A DNA stretch of 64,000 nt from Lingula anatina (taxonomy: Eukaryota > Animalia > Brachiopoda), in contig CM120645.1 in NCBI GenBank assembly GCA_051362555.1, positions 1 to 64,000 of the forward strand, written 5' to 3'. The notes beneath the pieces are model-generated. The model saw nothing but the letters and a program-made list of their open reading frames with translations, made no database searches and had not been told where the DNA came from. Positions 26,601 through 37,800 of the stretch are shown in pieces. The position numbers were made by a program, and so were the translations under genes. Each line of letters begins with the position of its first letter. Within the stretch, counting starts at the first letter, position 1.

Positions 26601-29600
26601 ATCACCCACCCCCACTGATAGTAGATCTTAATACAATGTCATCACCCACCCCCACTGATAGTAGATCTTAGAACAATGTCACCACTCACCCCACTGATAG
26701 TAGATCTTAGAACAATGTCATCACCCACCCCCATTGGTAGTAGATCTTAGAACAATGTCATCACCCACCCCCAATGGTAGTAGATCTTAAAACAATGTCA
26801 TCACCCACCCCCACTGACAGTAGATCTTAGAACAATGTCATCACCCACCCCCATTGGTAGTAGATCTTAGAACAATGTCATCACCCACCCCCACTGATAG
26901 TAGATCTTAGAACAATGACATCACCCACCCCACTGATAGTAGATCTTAGAACAATGTAACCATCGACCCCCATTGATAGTTGATCTTAGACCAATGTCAC
27001 CACCCACCCCCACTGACAGTAGATCTTAGAACAATGTCATCACCCACCCCACTGATAGTAGATCTTAGAACAATGTAACCACCGACCCCCATTCATAGTA
27101 GATCTTAGAACAATGTCACCACCCACCCCCACTGACAGTAGATCTTAGAACAATGTCACCACCCACCCCACTGATAGTAGATCTTAGAACAGTGTCACCA
27201 CCCACCCCCATTGGTAGTAGATCTTAGAACAATGTCACCGCCCACCCCACTGATAGTAGATCTTAGAACAGTGTCACCACACCACCCCCATTGGTAGTAG
27301 ATCTTAGAACAATGTCACCACCCACCCCCATTGATAGCAGACCTTAGAACAGTGTCACCACCCACCCCCACTGACAGCAGACCTTAGAACAATGCCACCA
27401 CCCACCCTCACTGACAGCAGACCTTAGAACAATGTCAACACCCACCCTCATTGGTAGTAGATCTTAGAACAATGTCACCACCCACCCCCATTGGTAGTAG
27501 ATCTTAGAACAATGTCACCACCCACCCCCATTGATAGTAGATCTTAGAACAATGTCACCACCCACCCCCATTGATAGTAGATCTTAGAACAATGTCACCA
27601 CCCACCCCACTGATAGTAGATCTTAGAACAACGTCACCACCCACCCCCATTGATAGTAGATCTTAGAACAATGTCACCACCCACCCCCATTGATAGTAGA
27701 TCTTAGAACAATGTCACCACCCACCCCCACTGATAGTAGATCTTAAGACAATGTCACCACCGACCCCCATTGATAGTAGATCTTAGAAGAATGTCACCAC
27801 CCACCCCCATTGATAGTAGATCTTAGAACAATGTCACCACTGACTCACTGATAGTAGATCTTAGAACAATGTTACCACCCACCCCCATTGGTAGTAGATC
27901 TTAGAACAATGTCACCACCCACCCCCACTGACAGTAGATCTTAGAACAATGTCACCACCCACCCCACTGATAGTAGATCTTAGAACAGTGTCACCACCCA
28001 CCCCCATTGGTAGTAGATCTTAGAACAATGTCACCACCCACCCCACTGATAGTAGATCTTAGAACAGTGTCACCATACCACCCCCATTGGTAGTAGATCT
28101 TAGAACAATGCCACCACCCACCCCCACTGATAGTTGACCTTAGAACAGTGTCACCACCCACCCCCACTGACAGCAGACCTTAGAACAATGCCACCACCCA
28201 CCCTCACTGACAGCAGACCTTAGAACAATGTCAACACCCACCCCCATTGGTAGTAGACCTTAGAACAATGTCACCACCCACCGTCACTGACAGCAGACCT
28301 TAGAACCTTAGAATGGGGGTGGGTGGTGACACTGTTCTAAGATCTACTATCAGTGGGGTGGGTGGTGACATTGTTCTAAGATCTACTGTCAGTGGGGGTG
28401 GGTGGTGACATTGTTCTAAGATCTACTATGAATGGGGGTCGGTGGTTACATTGTTCTAAGATCTACTATCAGTGGGGTGGGTGATGACATTGATAGAACA
28501 GTGTCACCACCCACCCCCATTGGTAGTAGATCTTAGAACAATGTCACCACCCACCCCCATTGTTAGTAGATCTTAGAACAATGTCACCACCCACCCCCAT
28601 TGATAGTAGATCTTAGAACAATGTCACCACCCACCCCCATTGATAGTAGATCTTAGAACAATGTCACCACTGACTCACTGATAGTAGATCTTAGAACAAT
28701 GTTACCACCCACCCCCATTGGTAGTAGATCTTAGAACAATGTCACCACCCACCCCCACTGATAGTAGATCTTAGAACAATGTCACCACCCACCCCCATTG
28801 ATAGTAGATCTTAGAACAATGTCACCACCCACCCCCATTGGTAGTAGATCTTAGAACAATGTCAACACCCACCTCCATTGGTAGTAGATCTTAGAACAAT
28901 GTCACCACCCACCCCCATTGGTAGTAGATCTTAGAACAATGTCAACACCCACCTCCATTGGTAGTAGATCTTAGAACAATGTCACCACCCACCCCCACTG
29001 ATAGTAGATCTTATAACAGTGTCACCACCCACCCTCACTGACAGCAGACCTTAGAACAGTGTCACCACCCACCCCCATTGGTAGTAGGTCTTAGAACAAT
29101 GTCACCACCCACCCCCATTGGTAGCAGATCTTTGAACAGTGTCACCACCCACCCTCACTGACAGCAGACCTTAGAACAGTGTCACCACCCACCCCCATTG
29201 GTAGTAGATCTTAGAACAATGTCACCACCCACCCCCATTGGTAGTAGAACTAAGAAGAATGTCACCACACACCCACTGATAGTAGATCTTAGAAGTGTCA
29301 CCACCCACCCCCACTGATAGCAGATCTTAGAACAATGTCACCACCCACCCCACTGATAGTAGATCTTAGAACAATGTCACCACCCACCCCACTGATAGTA
29401 GATCTTAGAACAATGTCACCACCCACCCCCATTGGTAGTAGAACTAAGAAGAATGTCATCACCCACCCCCACTAACAGTAGATCTTAGAACAATGTCACC
29501 ACCCACCCCCACTGATAGTAGATCTTAGAACAGCGTCACCACCCACCCCCACTGATAGTAGATCTTAGAACAATGTCACCACCCACCCCCACTGATAGTA

Positions 29601-30937
29601 GATCTTAGAACAGTGTCACCCCCCACACCCACTGATAGTAGATCTTAGAACAATGTCACCACCCACCCCCACTGATAGTAGATCTTAGAACAATGTCACC
29701 ACACACCCCACTGATAGTAGATCTTAGAACAGTGTCACCACCGACCCACTGATAGTAGATCTTAGAACAGTGTCACCACACACCCCACTGATAGTAGATC
29801 TTAGAACAATGTCACCCCCCACCCCACTGATAGTAGATCTTAGAACAGTGTCACCACCGACCCACTGATAGTAGATCTTAGAACAGTGTCACCACCCACC
29901 CCACTGATAGTAGATCTTAGAAAAATGTCACCACCGACCCACTGTCAGTAGATCTTAGAACTTCGTCACCTCCACTGACAGTAGAAGTAGTTTTAAGGCA
30001 GAAGACATTGCTTTACCTCATCACATAATTTAATCTAGAAAAAAAACTGACATTTAAAACTGACAGTGTGGTTGGGTAGATGGAGACTGCGAAGGTGCCA
30101 GGTATGTTTAACATTGTCTGTGTTCCAAATGCCCAGTATTTCCCCCTTAATACCAGTTGTGTTCCAAATGCCCAGTATTTCCCCCTTAATACCAGTTGTG
30201 TTCCAAATGCCCAGTATTTACCCCTTAACACCAGTTGTGTTCCAAATGCCCAGTATTTCCCCCTTAACACCAGTTGTGTTCCAAATGCCCAGTATTTCCC
30301 CCTTAATACCAGTTGTGTTCCAAATGCCCAGTATTTCCCCCTTAATACCAGTTGTGTTCCAAATGCCCAGTATTTCCCCCTTAACACCAGTTGTGTTCCA
30401 AATGCCCAGTATTTCCCCCTTAACACCAGTTGTGTTCCAAATGCAAAGTATTTCCCCCTTAACACCAGTTGTGTTCCAAATGCCCAGTATTTTACCCTTA
30501 ACACCAGTTGTGTTCCAAATGCCCGGTATTTTACCCTTAACACCAGTTGTGTTCCAAATACCCAGTATTTAGGGTGCAGTATTTGCCCTTTAAGTACAGT
30601 GAATGTGGAAGATCTGAACACCATTGCTTGGAGACAGACTGACTCAGAGCCTGCATCATGTGCCTGATCACTTAGTCATTTGATCCACAATCAACCATTA
30701 TTATAAACGTGTCGTAGTTATAAAATACTTTTGTAATTGTGGCGAAAAATGTAGTTATCGGCCTCAGTTGACAAATCATATGATATAAAGTGGAATGACA
30801 GCGAGCCTACTTACTGCTATAACATTTACAAACGTCGTTTTTCCTGAGTATTGAAGCCCGACCAATGTTAGCTCCATCTCCTCTTTCCAGAAGAGACTCT
30901 TTATCCAGTCTAATATCCTCGAGAAAAACGCTATCAT
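12058..30937 (-). CDS. ARL8: ADP-ribosylation factor-like GTPase 8 (ARL8A/B homologue), 185 aa, 6 coding exons
   Basis: Exons 30937-30815, 22276-22196, 14582-14509, 12971-12810, 12578-12508 and 12104-12058 sum to 558 nt with GT-AG junctions in consistent phase. Protein [35 protein letters not shown]...[16 protein letters not shown]...GNKRD...[15 protein letters not shown]. Confidence 0.97.
12508..12578 (-). CDS. ARL8: ARL8 coding exon 5
   Basis: [23 protein letters not shown]; tttcag acceptor, gtaagt donor. Confidence 0.95.
12810..12971 (-). CDS. ARL8: ARL8 coding exon 4
   Basis: [53 protein letters not shown]; ttccag acceptor, gtaagt donor. Confidence 0.95.
12964..13680 (-). repeat. 65-bp tandem repeat x11 containing the ARL8 exon-4 acceptor and the first 9 exon nt
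   Basis: Each unit on - reads ...gtctgttgatatttccag|GTATATGGT. Confidence 0.97.
13838..13922. repeat. (GT)n(GA)n compound microsatellite
   Basis: Read directly from the sequence. Confidence 0.95.
14213..14465. repeat. 55-bp minisatellite, ~4.5 copies
   Basis: Unit aattcctattgttaagttatatgtagtctatgaatagcatcatataaacat(c/a)tc(c/t). Confidence 0.9.
14509..14582 (-). CDS. ARL8: ARL8 coding exon 3
   Basis: [25 protein letters not shown]; tttcag acceptor, gtgagt donor. Confidence 0.95.
14621..14660. repeat. (GA)n microsatellite
   Basis: Read directly from the sequence. Confidence 0.95.
14838..16871. repeat. 36-bp minisatellite, ~55 copies; the last unit resumes at 21019-21057 after the transposon
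   Basis: Unit cagggtcacagtgtcacttccctgtattatataaca. Confidence 0.97.
16872..21018. mobile_element. Non-autonomous long-TIR DNA transposon, IS3EU-like, carrying a nested element
   Basis: Inverted repeats of >200 bp begin TATGGGCGGCCAAAAGGGC at both ends; 6-bp target duplication GTCAAT at 16866-16871 and 21019-21024. TAY...RTA ends with a 6-bp TSD fit IS3EU; the family call is from recalled repeat-class properties. Confidence 0.85.
17473..20755. mobile_element. Nested ~3.3-kb non-autonomous Tc1/mariner(pogo)-type element
   Basis: ~25-bp TIRs CGGTAA(t/a)GTGCCATGAATTTCGAAC flanked by TA. Removing it restores the host subterminal motif gatcgacgagaaTAgttacacgat. No transposase recognised. Confidence 0.8.
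21256..22205 (-). repeat. Degenerate ~27-29-bp tandem repeat derived from the ARL8 exon-2 donor junction
   Basis: Units on - read (tg)acattacaat(a/g)aaagtaa(g/a)tgacac, versus the true junction TTACAATAAAG|gtaagtgaca. Interrupted by a MITE. Confidence 0.85.
21792..22015. mobile_element. Foldback MITE, family A (copy 2), inserted in the donor-derived array
   Basis: Reverse-complement similarity to 9170-9362. Confidence 0.8.
22196..22276 (-). CDS. ARL8: ARL8 coding exon 2
   Basis: [27 protein letters not shown]; tttcag acceptor, gtaagt donor. Confidence 0.95.
24725..24947 (-). pseudogene. Decayed THAP zinc-finger domain, probably transposon-derived
   Basis: MAGFTC...[24 protein letters not shown] and, after a frameshift, [14 protein letters not shown]. 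The pattern C...FP...W...CxxHF is typical of THAP; the second Cys is lost and stops are present. Confidence 0.65.
25043..25521. repeat. 68-bp minisatellite, ~7 copies
   Basis: Unit gatgagataatcc(c/t)accaattgctgttttgtatccttgtgagactaaactacagaccagcctagtgtt. Confidence 0.95.
25555..29985. repeat. 39/40-bp minisatellite, ~110 copies, with an internal 181-bp inverted block
   Basis: Unit agtagatcttagaacaatgtcaccacccacccccactgat; orientation is reversed at 28312-28492. Confidence 0.97.
30119..30570. repeat. 39-bp minisatellite, ~11.5 copies
   Basis: Unit tgtgttccaaatgcccagtatttcccccttaacaccagt. Confidence 0.95.
30815..30937 (-). CDS. ARL8: ARL8 coding exon 1
   Basis: [41 protein letters not shown] (P-loop); gtaagt donor. 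Confidence 0.96.
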
Positions 30938-31073
30938 TGTGCTTATCTCTACAGACTTTCTCTGGATAGGAAGTAAAGTCACAGTGTTTTCTTCTGCATG
31001 CGACGCACAGACAGATGTCAGTCATGTGATGAGTGAAATCGTCATCGTCATGTGACTTTGTACGCCGTTCAAA
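30938..31073. promoter_or_regulatory. Compact bidirectional ARL8/CTSC promoter with two M-box/CLEAR-like motifs
   Basis: Divergent ATGs at 30937 (-) and 31074 (+). GTCATGTGAT at 31021-31030 and GTCATGTGAC at 31047-31056 match the MiT/TFE TCAYGTGA consensus. Confidence 0.75.
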
Positions 31074-31269
31074 ATGGTGGCACTCTACCGACGTCAACAG
31101 CAAGCAGCGCATTTTGTGATTATTTGTGTCCTTTTGTTACATGGTGGAAGTATCGTGAGCGCTGACACCCCCGCTAATTGTACATACGAAGATGTAGTTG
31201 GGCAGTGGACGTTTTACACCACCGCAATGGGCTACGATAACACTTTAAATTGCTCAGCGATGCCGCAAA
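31074..31269 (+). CDS. CTSC: CTSC exon 1
   Basis: Hydrophobic signal peptide followed by [17 protein letters not shown]; gtaagt donor. Confidence 0.93.
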
Positions 31270-34200
31270 GTAAGTGTTTTGCTTGCCTCGGTGTTTTTGG
31301 CCGTATAAGTAGATCAGGTGACCAGTCCATCCAGGATATTACCTGGACAAAAGTCTCAGGTTGAGACCGCAATGTCGGTCAGTTGCTGGTCAGTTTGTTG
31401 TGTAAGTTTTAGATTCAGAGTTCTTCTAGTTCGACTGGATGACTAAAAATTGGAAATGTACAAGACAGTTACTGCATGGTAAATCGGAAAAGACATCGGT
31501 ATCTTTGAGATGAAATATTTTATAAGCTAGTGAGATTTATCAATTCGTACAGCCTTGGAGAGATTGTCTTGTACTGCAAGTTCTGCAACGACCTACACTA
31601 CACTATATATGTGGTAGACATCAATGAATATATGAAACTGTTAAGGTAAAGTGGGCGTAAGTTTTGTTTGATTATTTCCAAAAAAAAAAAAAAAAATTAT
31701 ATTTAAACAGATATCTCTGCTCACTTTATGTGCTTTATATACTGTGAAGGGTCAGTACAAACCCCTTACCCACCCACCCACCCCAAACACTGAGTGTGTC
31801 ATTTGATTATTTTTGAATATATATTCCAGGCATGTTCAAAGGTAATTATGGTTTGAAGTTATACTTCCCCAGCAAAGCTGTGGACCAACATGGCAACCAG
31901 GGGTTTTGGACACTTATCTATAATCAGGTATGATCATTATTTGTATTGACAATAGGAAGGTTCAGCATATGAGGAAAAGAATTAGAAATAAGTTCGGTCT
32001 TTTTACACCTTTCAAAAGTGAAACAAGTTTTCATATGTGTTCTTTTTATGTACAGACACAGATGTGTCTGTACATATAGCCGTCACCTGCGTCTGTCGTC
32101 GCCGTTGCCGTTGGCGTGCACTTTTACCGTAAACACGATAAGTGGAAAACGGTTTTACGTTTTGACTTGAAACTTACAGAACTGATGAATATTCATAGTA
32201 TTCAGGTCAAGTTCGAAAATCAGCATGATCGGGCCATTTTTAGGGAAGTTATGCTGTTTTTTCACTTTTTTCAGCATATATGCAACACCGTAAACACGAT
32301 AAGTGGAAAACCGTTTTACCTTTTGGTTTGAAACTTACAGAACTGATGAATTTGTATAATACGCAGGTCAAGTTCGAAAATCAGCATGATCGGGTCATTT
32401 TTATGGAAGTTTTGCTTTTTTTTCACTTTTTTCAGCATATATGCAACACCGTAAACACGATAAGTGGAAAACCGTTTTACCTTTTGGTTTGAAACTTACA
32501 GAACTGATGAATATTTATAATACGCAGGCCAAGTTCGAAAATCAGCATGATTGGGTCATTTTTAGGGAAGTTATGCTTTTTTTTCACATTTTCTCTGATT
32601 CAATTCTTAGGCATGTTAATAGTCTCATTATTGAACTAATAAGATATGTAAAAGTGTTTTTTTGACATTTCCTGCATCTTTACAACATTGTTAGTTGATT
32701 ATGTAAAAATGATGGTAAACTTGTTATCGTGTATTGTGTAATGAAGTGTCAAAAATGGAAATAAACACATATCATTGCAGTTTGTCAGATTCAATCATCC
32801 ACTACGTTCAGAATCTCAGAATGGAGGAAATTGGACATTTAATACTGTTCTATTAATATTTTTCCCATCTCATCAATTTTCTTAGTTGGTCATATAAAAA
32901 TGGCAGTAAACTGTTAATTTTGTTTTATGTTAAAAAGTGTTAAAAATGGAAATAAACCCATTTCAGAAAAGTGCTGTCTTGTTTACATTTTGGCATTTTC
33001 AAGATGTGACTTTGAAGTTCCATGGGCCTGAAGACCTTTGCTAGTCACATTTTCTGAATATCCATGATACTAATATTTTATTATTAAAAATTGATGGTCA
33101 TTATGCTGTTAAACATTATGTAATATTGCATCAAAATTTGAAGAAACCCCTATTTTGGGCACTGCTCCCATGATGACCATTTAAGGAAAATCATGTCACT
33201 TACTGTTCTCAAACTTACAGGAAAGAAACATGGGACTAAAATACAGCTTCAGTAGGCAATGCAGTCTGTTTGGTAATTTTTTCTGGCAGTTAAACAGTTT
33301 TTTGTGAAAATTTAATTTTTTCACATATTGGCATTTTCAAGGTGTGACTTTGAAGTTCTATGATCCTGAAGACCTTTGCTTGTCACATTTTCTGAATGTC
33401 CATGTTACTAATATTCTATTATTAAAAATTGATGGTCATTATGCTGTTAAACATTATGTAATGTTACATTAAAATTTGAAGAAACCCCTATTTTGGGCAC
33501 TGCTCCCATGATGAGCACTTAAGGAAAATCATGTCACTTACTGTTCTCAAACTTACAGGAAAGAAACATGGGACTAAAATACAGCTTCAGTAGGAAATGT
33601 AGTCTGTTTGGTAAATTTTTCTGGCAGTTAAACTGTTTTTTGTGAAAATTTCATTTTTCACGTATTGGCATTTTCAAGGTGTGACTTAGAACCTCCACGG
33701 GCTTGAAGACCCATGCTAGTCACATTTTCTGAAAATCCATGATACGTATATATTATTATTAAAAATTGATGGTCATTATGCTGTTTAGCATTATGTAATG
33801 TTGCATCAAAATAGAAGAAAACACAATTTTTGGTGCTGCTGCCATGATGACCATTATGGGAAAACCGTGTTACTTATGACTGTCAAACTTTCAAAAAAGA
33901 AACACAGGACTAAAATGCAGCCTGAGTTGGAAAAGCAGTCTAATTGGCTTCTTTTTCTGGAAGTTATACATTTTAGTGAAAAATTCAATATTATCGTGTT
34001 GGCATATTCATTGTGGGACTCGGAGCTCCCATGGACATGAAGCCAAATAGTAATCAAATTTTCTAAATGCCCATGCTATTTATAGTCAATAATCAAAAAT
34101 TGGTGATAATTATTATATAGTTTATTATGTAATGTTACATCAAAATTGACAAAAATCTTTTTGCACTGCTACTGCAAACATTATGAAAAGAAAACTGTGT

Positions 34201-34756
34201 TACTTATTATTATTTTTAACTTACAAGTATGATTTTTAGGATTGGCATGCAGTTCAAATTAGAAAGCCAGCTCAATTGGGTTATCTTTTATCATTGAATT
34301 CATGCAATTTTGTGTGAAATTTTCATTTTTCTCATTCTGGCACTTTCAAAGTATAAACTTGAACTCTGATGGGCCTGAATCCTTACGCTTTTACTTTCGT
34401 TGGTGTTACCTGTTGTGCATAATTAAAATTTGATGTTGACTGTGCAGTTAAACATAATGTATTATTGCATCAGAATTGGTAGTCTCCTATTTTGTGCATT
34501 TTTGTTATGTGCTTTTCTTAAGATGTGACTTATGGGCCTGAAAGATCTTTGAGAGGGTCAGTCTGTAAATTTCCCTTGGGTATCACTTAGCTAAGTTCAG
34601 AGTTATAAAGTCATTAATAGGCCATTAAATGAGATTACATAAAGCACACTTGTTGATATTTCCCTGTAAACTCCCAAAGGTTAAGCTCTCTGCTAGATTA
34701 ATAGTAAGTAAGCAGTGATAATTATGCAGGTAAATTTTGTTTAATATTGCAAATAA

Positions 34757-34837
<81 letters not shown>

Positions 34838-37800
34838 AAAAAGATTAAAAGTTTGAATGGCAGCATCATTGGAATTATATTTACCTCTGCCAAGGAGGTT
34901 ATGTTTTCACCCTTGTTTGTCTGTCATCAACATAACTCAAAAAGTTACGGACCGATTTTGATGAAATTTTCAGGAACTGTCAGAAGTGGGCAAGGAGGAC
35001 AATGATTAGTTTTTGGTGGTGGTCCGGATCAATAATCAATCAATAATAATCAACAATTGCTGTCTTGGCAGAGGTCTGCGCTTTTGGAGTGCTTTTCTAG
35101 TTTTGTTATGTTTTCCTTTTTAATTTTTTCTCAAACACTGGCATTTGTGACTTTTAACTCTCATCTGCCTGAGGCTCTGCACATTTTCTATATTTCCACA
35201 TAAGCAGTTGTATTGTTTTTTATGTCTTTAAACATTATGTAATATTATTTTATGCACTGTCATCATTTTTTCAAATATTGAGACTTTCATCATGAGAATT
35301 TGAACTCTCATGGTCCTGAAACTGTAATCTTACTGAAGGGGTGGATTGAGACCATCTTCTGGGTCTTCCGGAAGACGGTCAGGTTATTAAGTTTATATTG
35401 ACTGGTATCCATTATTTTTTCTTTTGGAAGACCATCAAAATAGAGAATGGATCAACATAGATACTTTGGAATACTGTCAGAAAATATCTCAGGGTCCGCT
35501 CCTGTTATTGACCATGTTACCTGTTGTGCATGATTAAAATTCAGTGTTGACTGACAGTGCTATTATAAGCATCATTTATTATTGCATCAAAATTGACAAA
35601 ATTACCTTTTTTGCATCTTTATTTTCTGTTTTTTGTCTGTACATTTGACAGCTTTGCTGCCTTGTTTGATAGTGAATTCAGTACCATACTTGATACATTT
35701 CACAAAGATTTCTCAAAATCTTTGTGAGTTGTAATCATAAACTATAAATATGAAACAATGTTCTTGCAATGTACTTGGTCTTTAGCTAAACATCCACAAT
35801 AAAGTGATGTCATACATAGCTCTCAGTACTTGGTACCTAGACCTTATTCCCATATCTAGATTGATCTGTCAGGATCGACCCATCTCCAAGGGGTTTCTAA
35901 CTTAATTGCTTTCAGTTTAAGCGGCTTAGATGTCTGGCATACCTACTAAGCTGCTCAACGATAGCTAACTACCCCCAAACAGCTTCAGTAGGCATGCCAG
36001 ACATCAGAGCTGGTTACACAAAAAGCAATTTAGCAAGAAACCCCTTGGAGATGATTTTATCCTGCTTGATCGATCTAGGTACATGTATTAGTATGGGTAC
36101 GGGGTCTTTATCTTTAGCTTAACCTCCACAATAAAGGAGGCAGGAAAATGCTATGATTAATATGAGATATTGATTTAATATGAAACTACAGTCACTGTGG
36201 TTAATAAAAATAACTGAGTACACAGCTCAATGTCTGGTGATGTTTTAATATTAAACTACAGTCAGTGTGGTTAATAAAAATAACTGAGTACACAGCTCAA
36301 TGTCTGGTGATGTTTTATAATTGCTTTAATATTAAAGGGATAATAACTCTTCATTTTGGCCAAAAAATGAATTTTCCTGGAGTAAACAACACTTTTTCCA
36401 TACTTACCAATGGTTAATGAATCCATTTTTACATTCAAAGTTAGTCCCTGTTTTTTTTTCTAAAAAGTTAAGCTTTTTGTTAAAATCTCTTAAGAGATTT
36501 TAACAGAGTATAGCCATCAATAGAGGTCACGTGGTCTAAAGACAAGCTCAGATATCAGAAAAAATAGCTATAACTGCTGTTTTGTGATAAAACTGAATAT
36601 ATTATATTTTTATGAGTTATTCACAATGTTTTTATTGTGAAATATAGATCTCATACAAAGAGTTATTATCACTTTAAACTACAGTCAGTGTGGTTAATAA
36701 AAATAACTGAGTACACAGCTCAATGTCTGGTGATGTTTTATAATCAATTTGTTGAATTTCCAGGGATTTGAAGTTGTTATCCAAGGAAGAAAATTCTTTG
36801 CCTTCTCAAGATATGAAGGGAAAGAGCCTAATACGACAAGTGTATGTTCAGAGACAATGAGGGGGATGTCGCATAATGTGGTGGGCCGAAGCTGGGCTTG
36901 TTTCTATGGGATGAAACAAAAGAAAACAAATCCAAAGAAACTGAACACTTCAGCACCTAAGTCAAAGTAAAAATCTATAAGAATAAAACCTTTTATAATG
37001 AATGTTTCTAATGATCAGAGATTGTTGTAATGCTAAAAAACAGTTATTAACTAAAGCACATTGCTTAACAATTGTTATAAATGTCATTAAACATTAGAAT
37101 GAAGTGCAGGGACTGGTCAAGCAATGGTTTGTGAGTAAGAGAAAATTTCTTCTTTTTTGTGGAAAATTTGATTTGGCAGGAAACCCTGATAGAATAACTT
37201 TAAATTAAAAATTTGACATCAAAACTGATTTATGTGCTTCACGTTATTAATAGTTTTTCTTTTAAATAAATGTTTTATAAGTTATATGTTTATATATGAA
37301 AAATTAACTGAGACTTAAATTTTATGAGAAATAACTCCATTATCCCTTCAGGGTACTGACATCTAAGATGCTATATAACTCCATTATCCCTTCAGGTTAT
37401 TGACATCTGAGATGCTATATAACTCCAGTATCCCTCCAGGTTATTGACATCTAAGATGCTATATAACTCCATTATCCCTTCAGGTTATTGACATCTAAGA
37501 TGCTATATAACTCCATTATCCCTCCAGGTTATTGACATCTGAGATGCTATATAACTCCATTATCCCTCCAGGTTATTGACATCTAAGATGCTATATATAA
37601 CTCCATTATCCCTTTAGGTTATTGACATCTAAGATGCTATATAACTCCATTATCCCTTTAGGTTATTGACATCTAAGATGCTATATAACTCTATTATCCC
37701 TTTAGGTTATTGACATCTAAGATGCTATATAACTCCATTATCCCTCCAGGTTATTGACATCTAAGATGCTATATAACTCTATTATCACTCCAGGTTATTG

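Larger units (their letters stand above)
32043..35667 (+). mobile_element. Non-autonomous Helentron/HINE-like element carrying internal satellite arrays
   Basis: 5' box: T-run, atgtacagacac...gtgtctgtacat inverted pair, then a gtc-rich microsatellite-like stretch. Centre: 161-bp unit x~3 and diverged ~340-bp units. 3' box: gtctgtacat, short hairpin (acagctttgctg), ttgttt. Confidence 0.7.
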
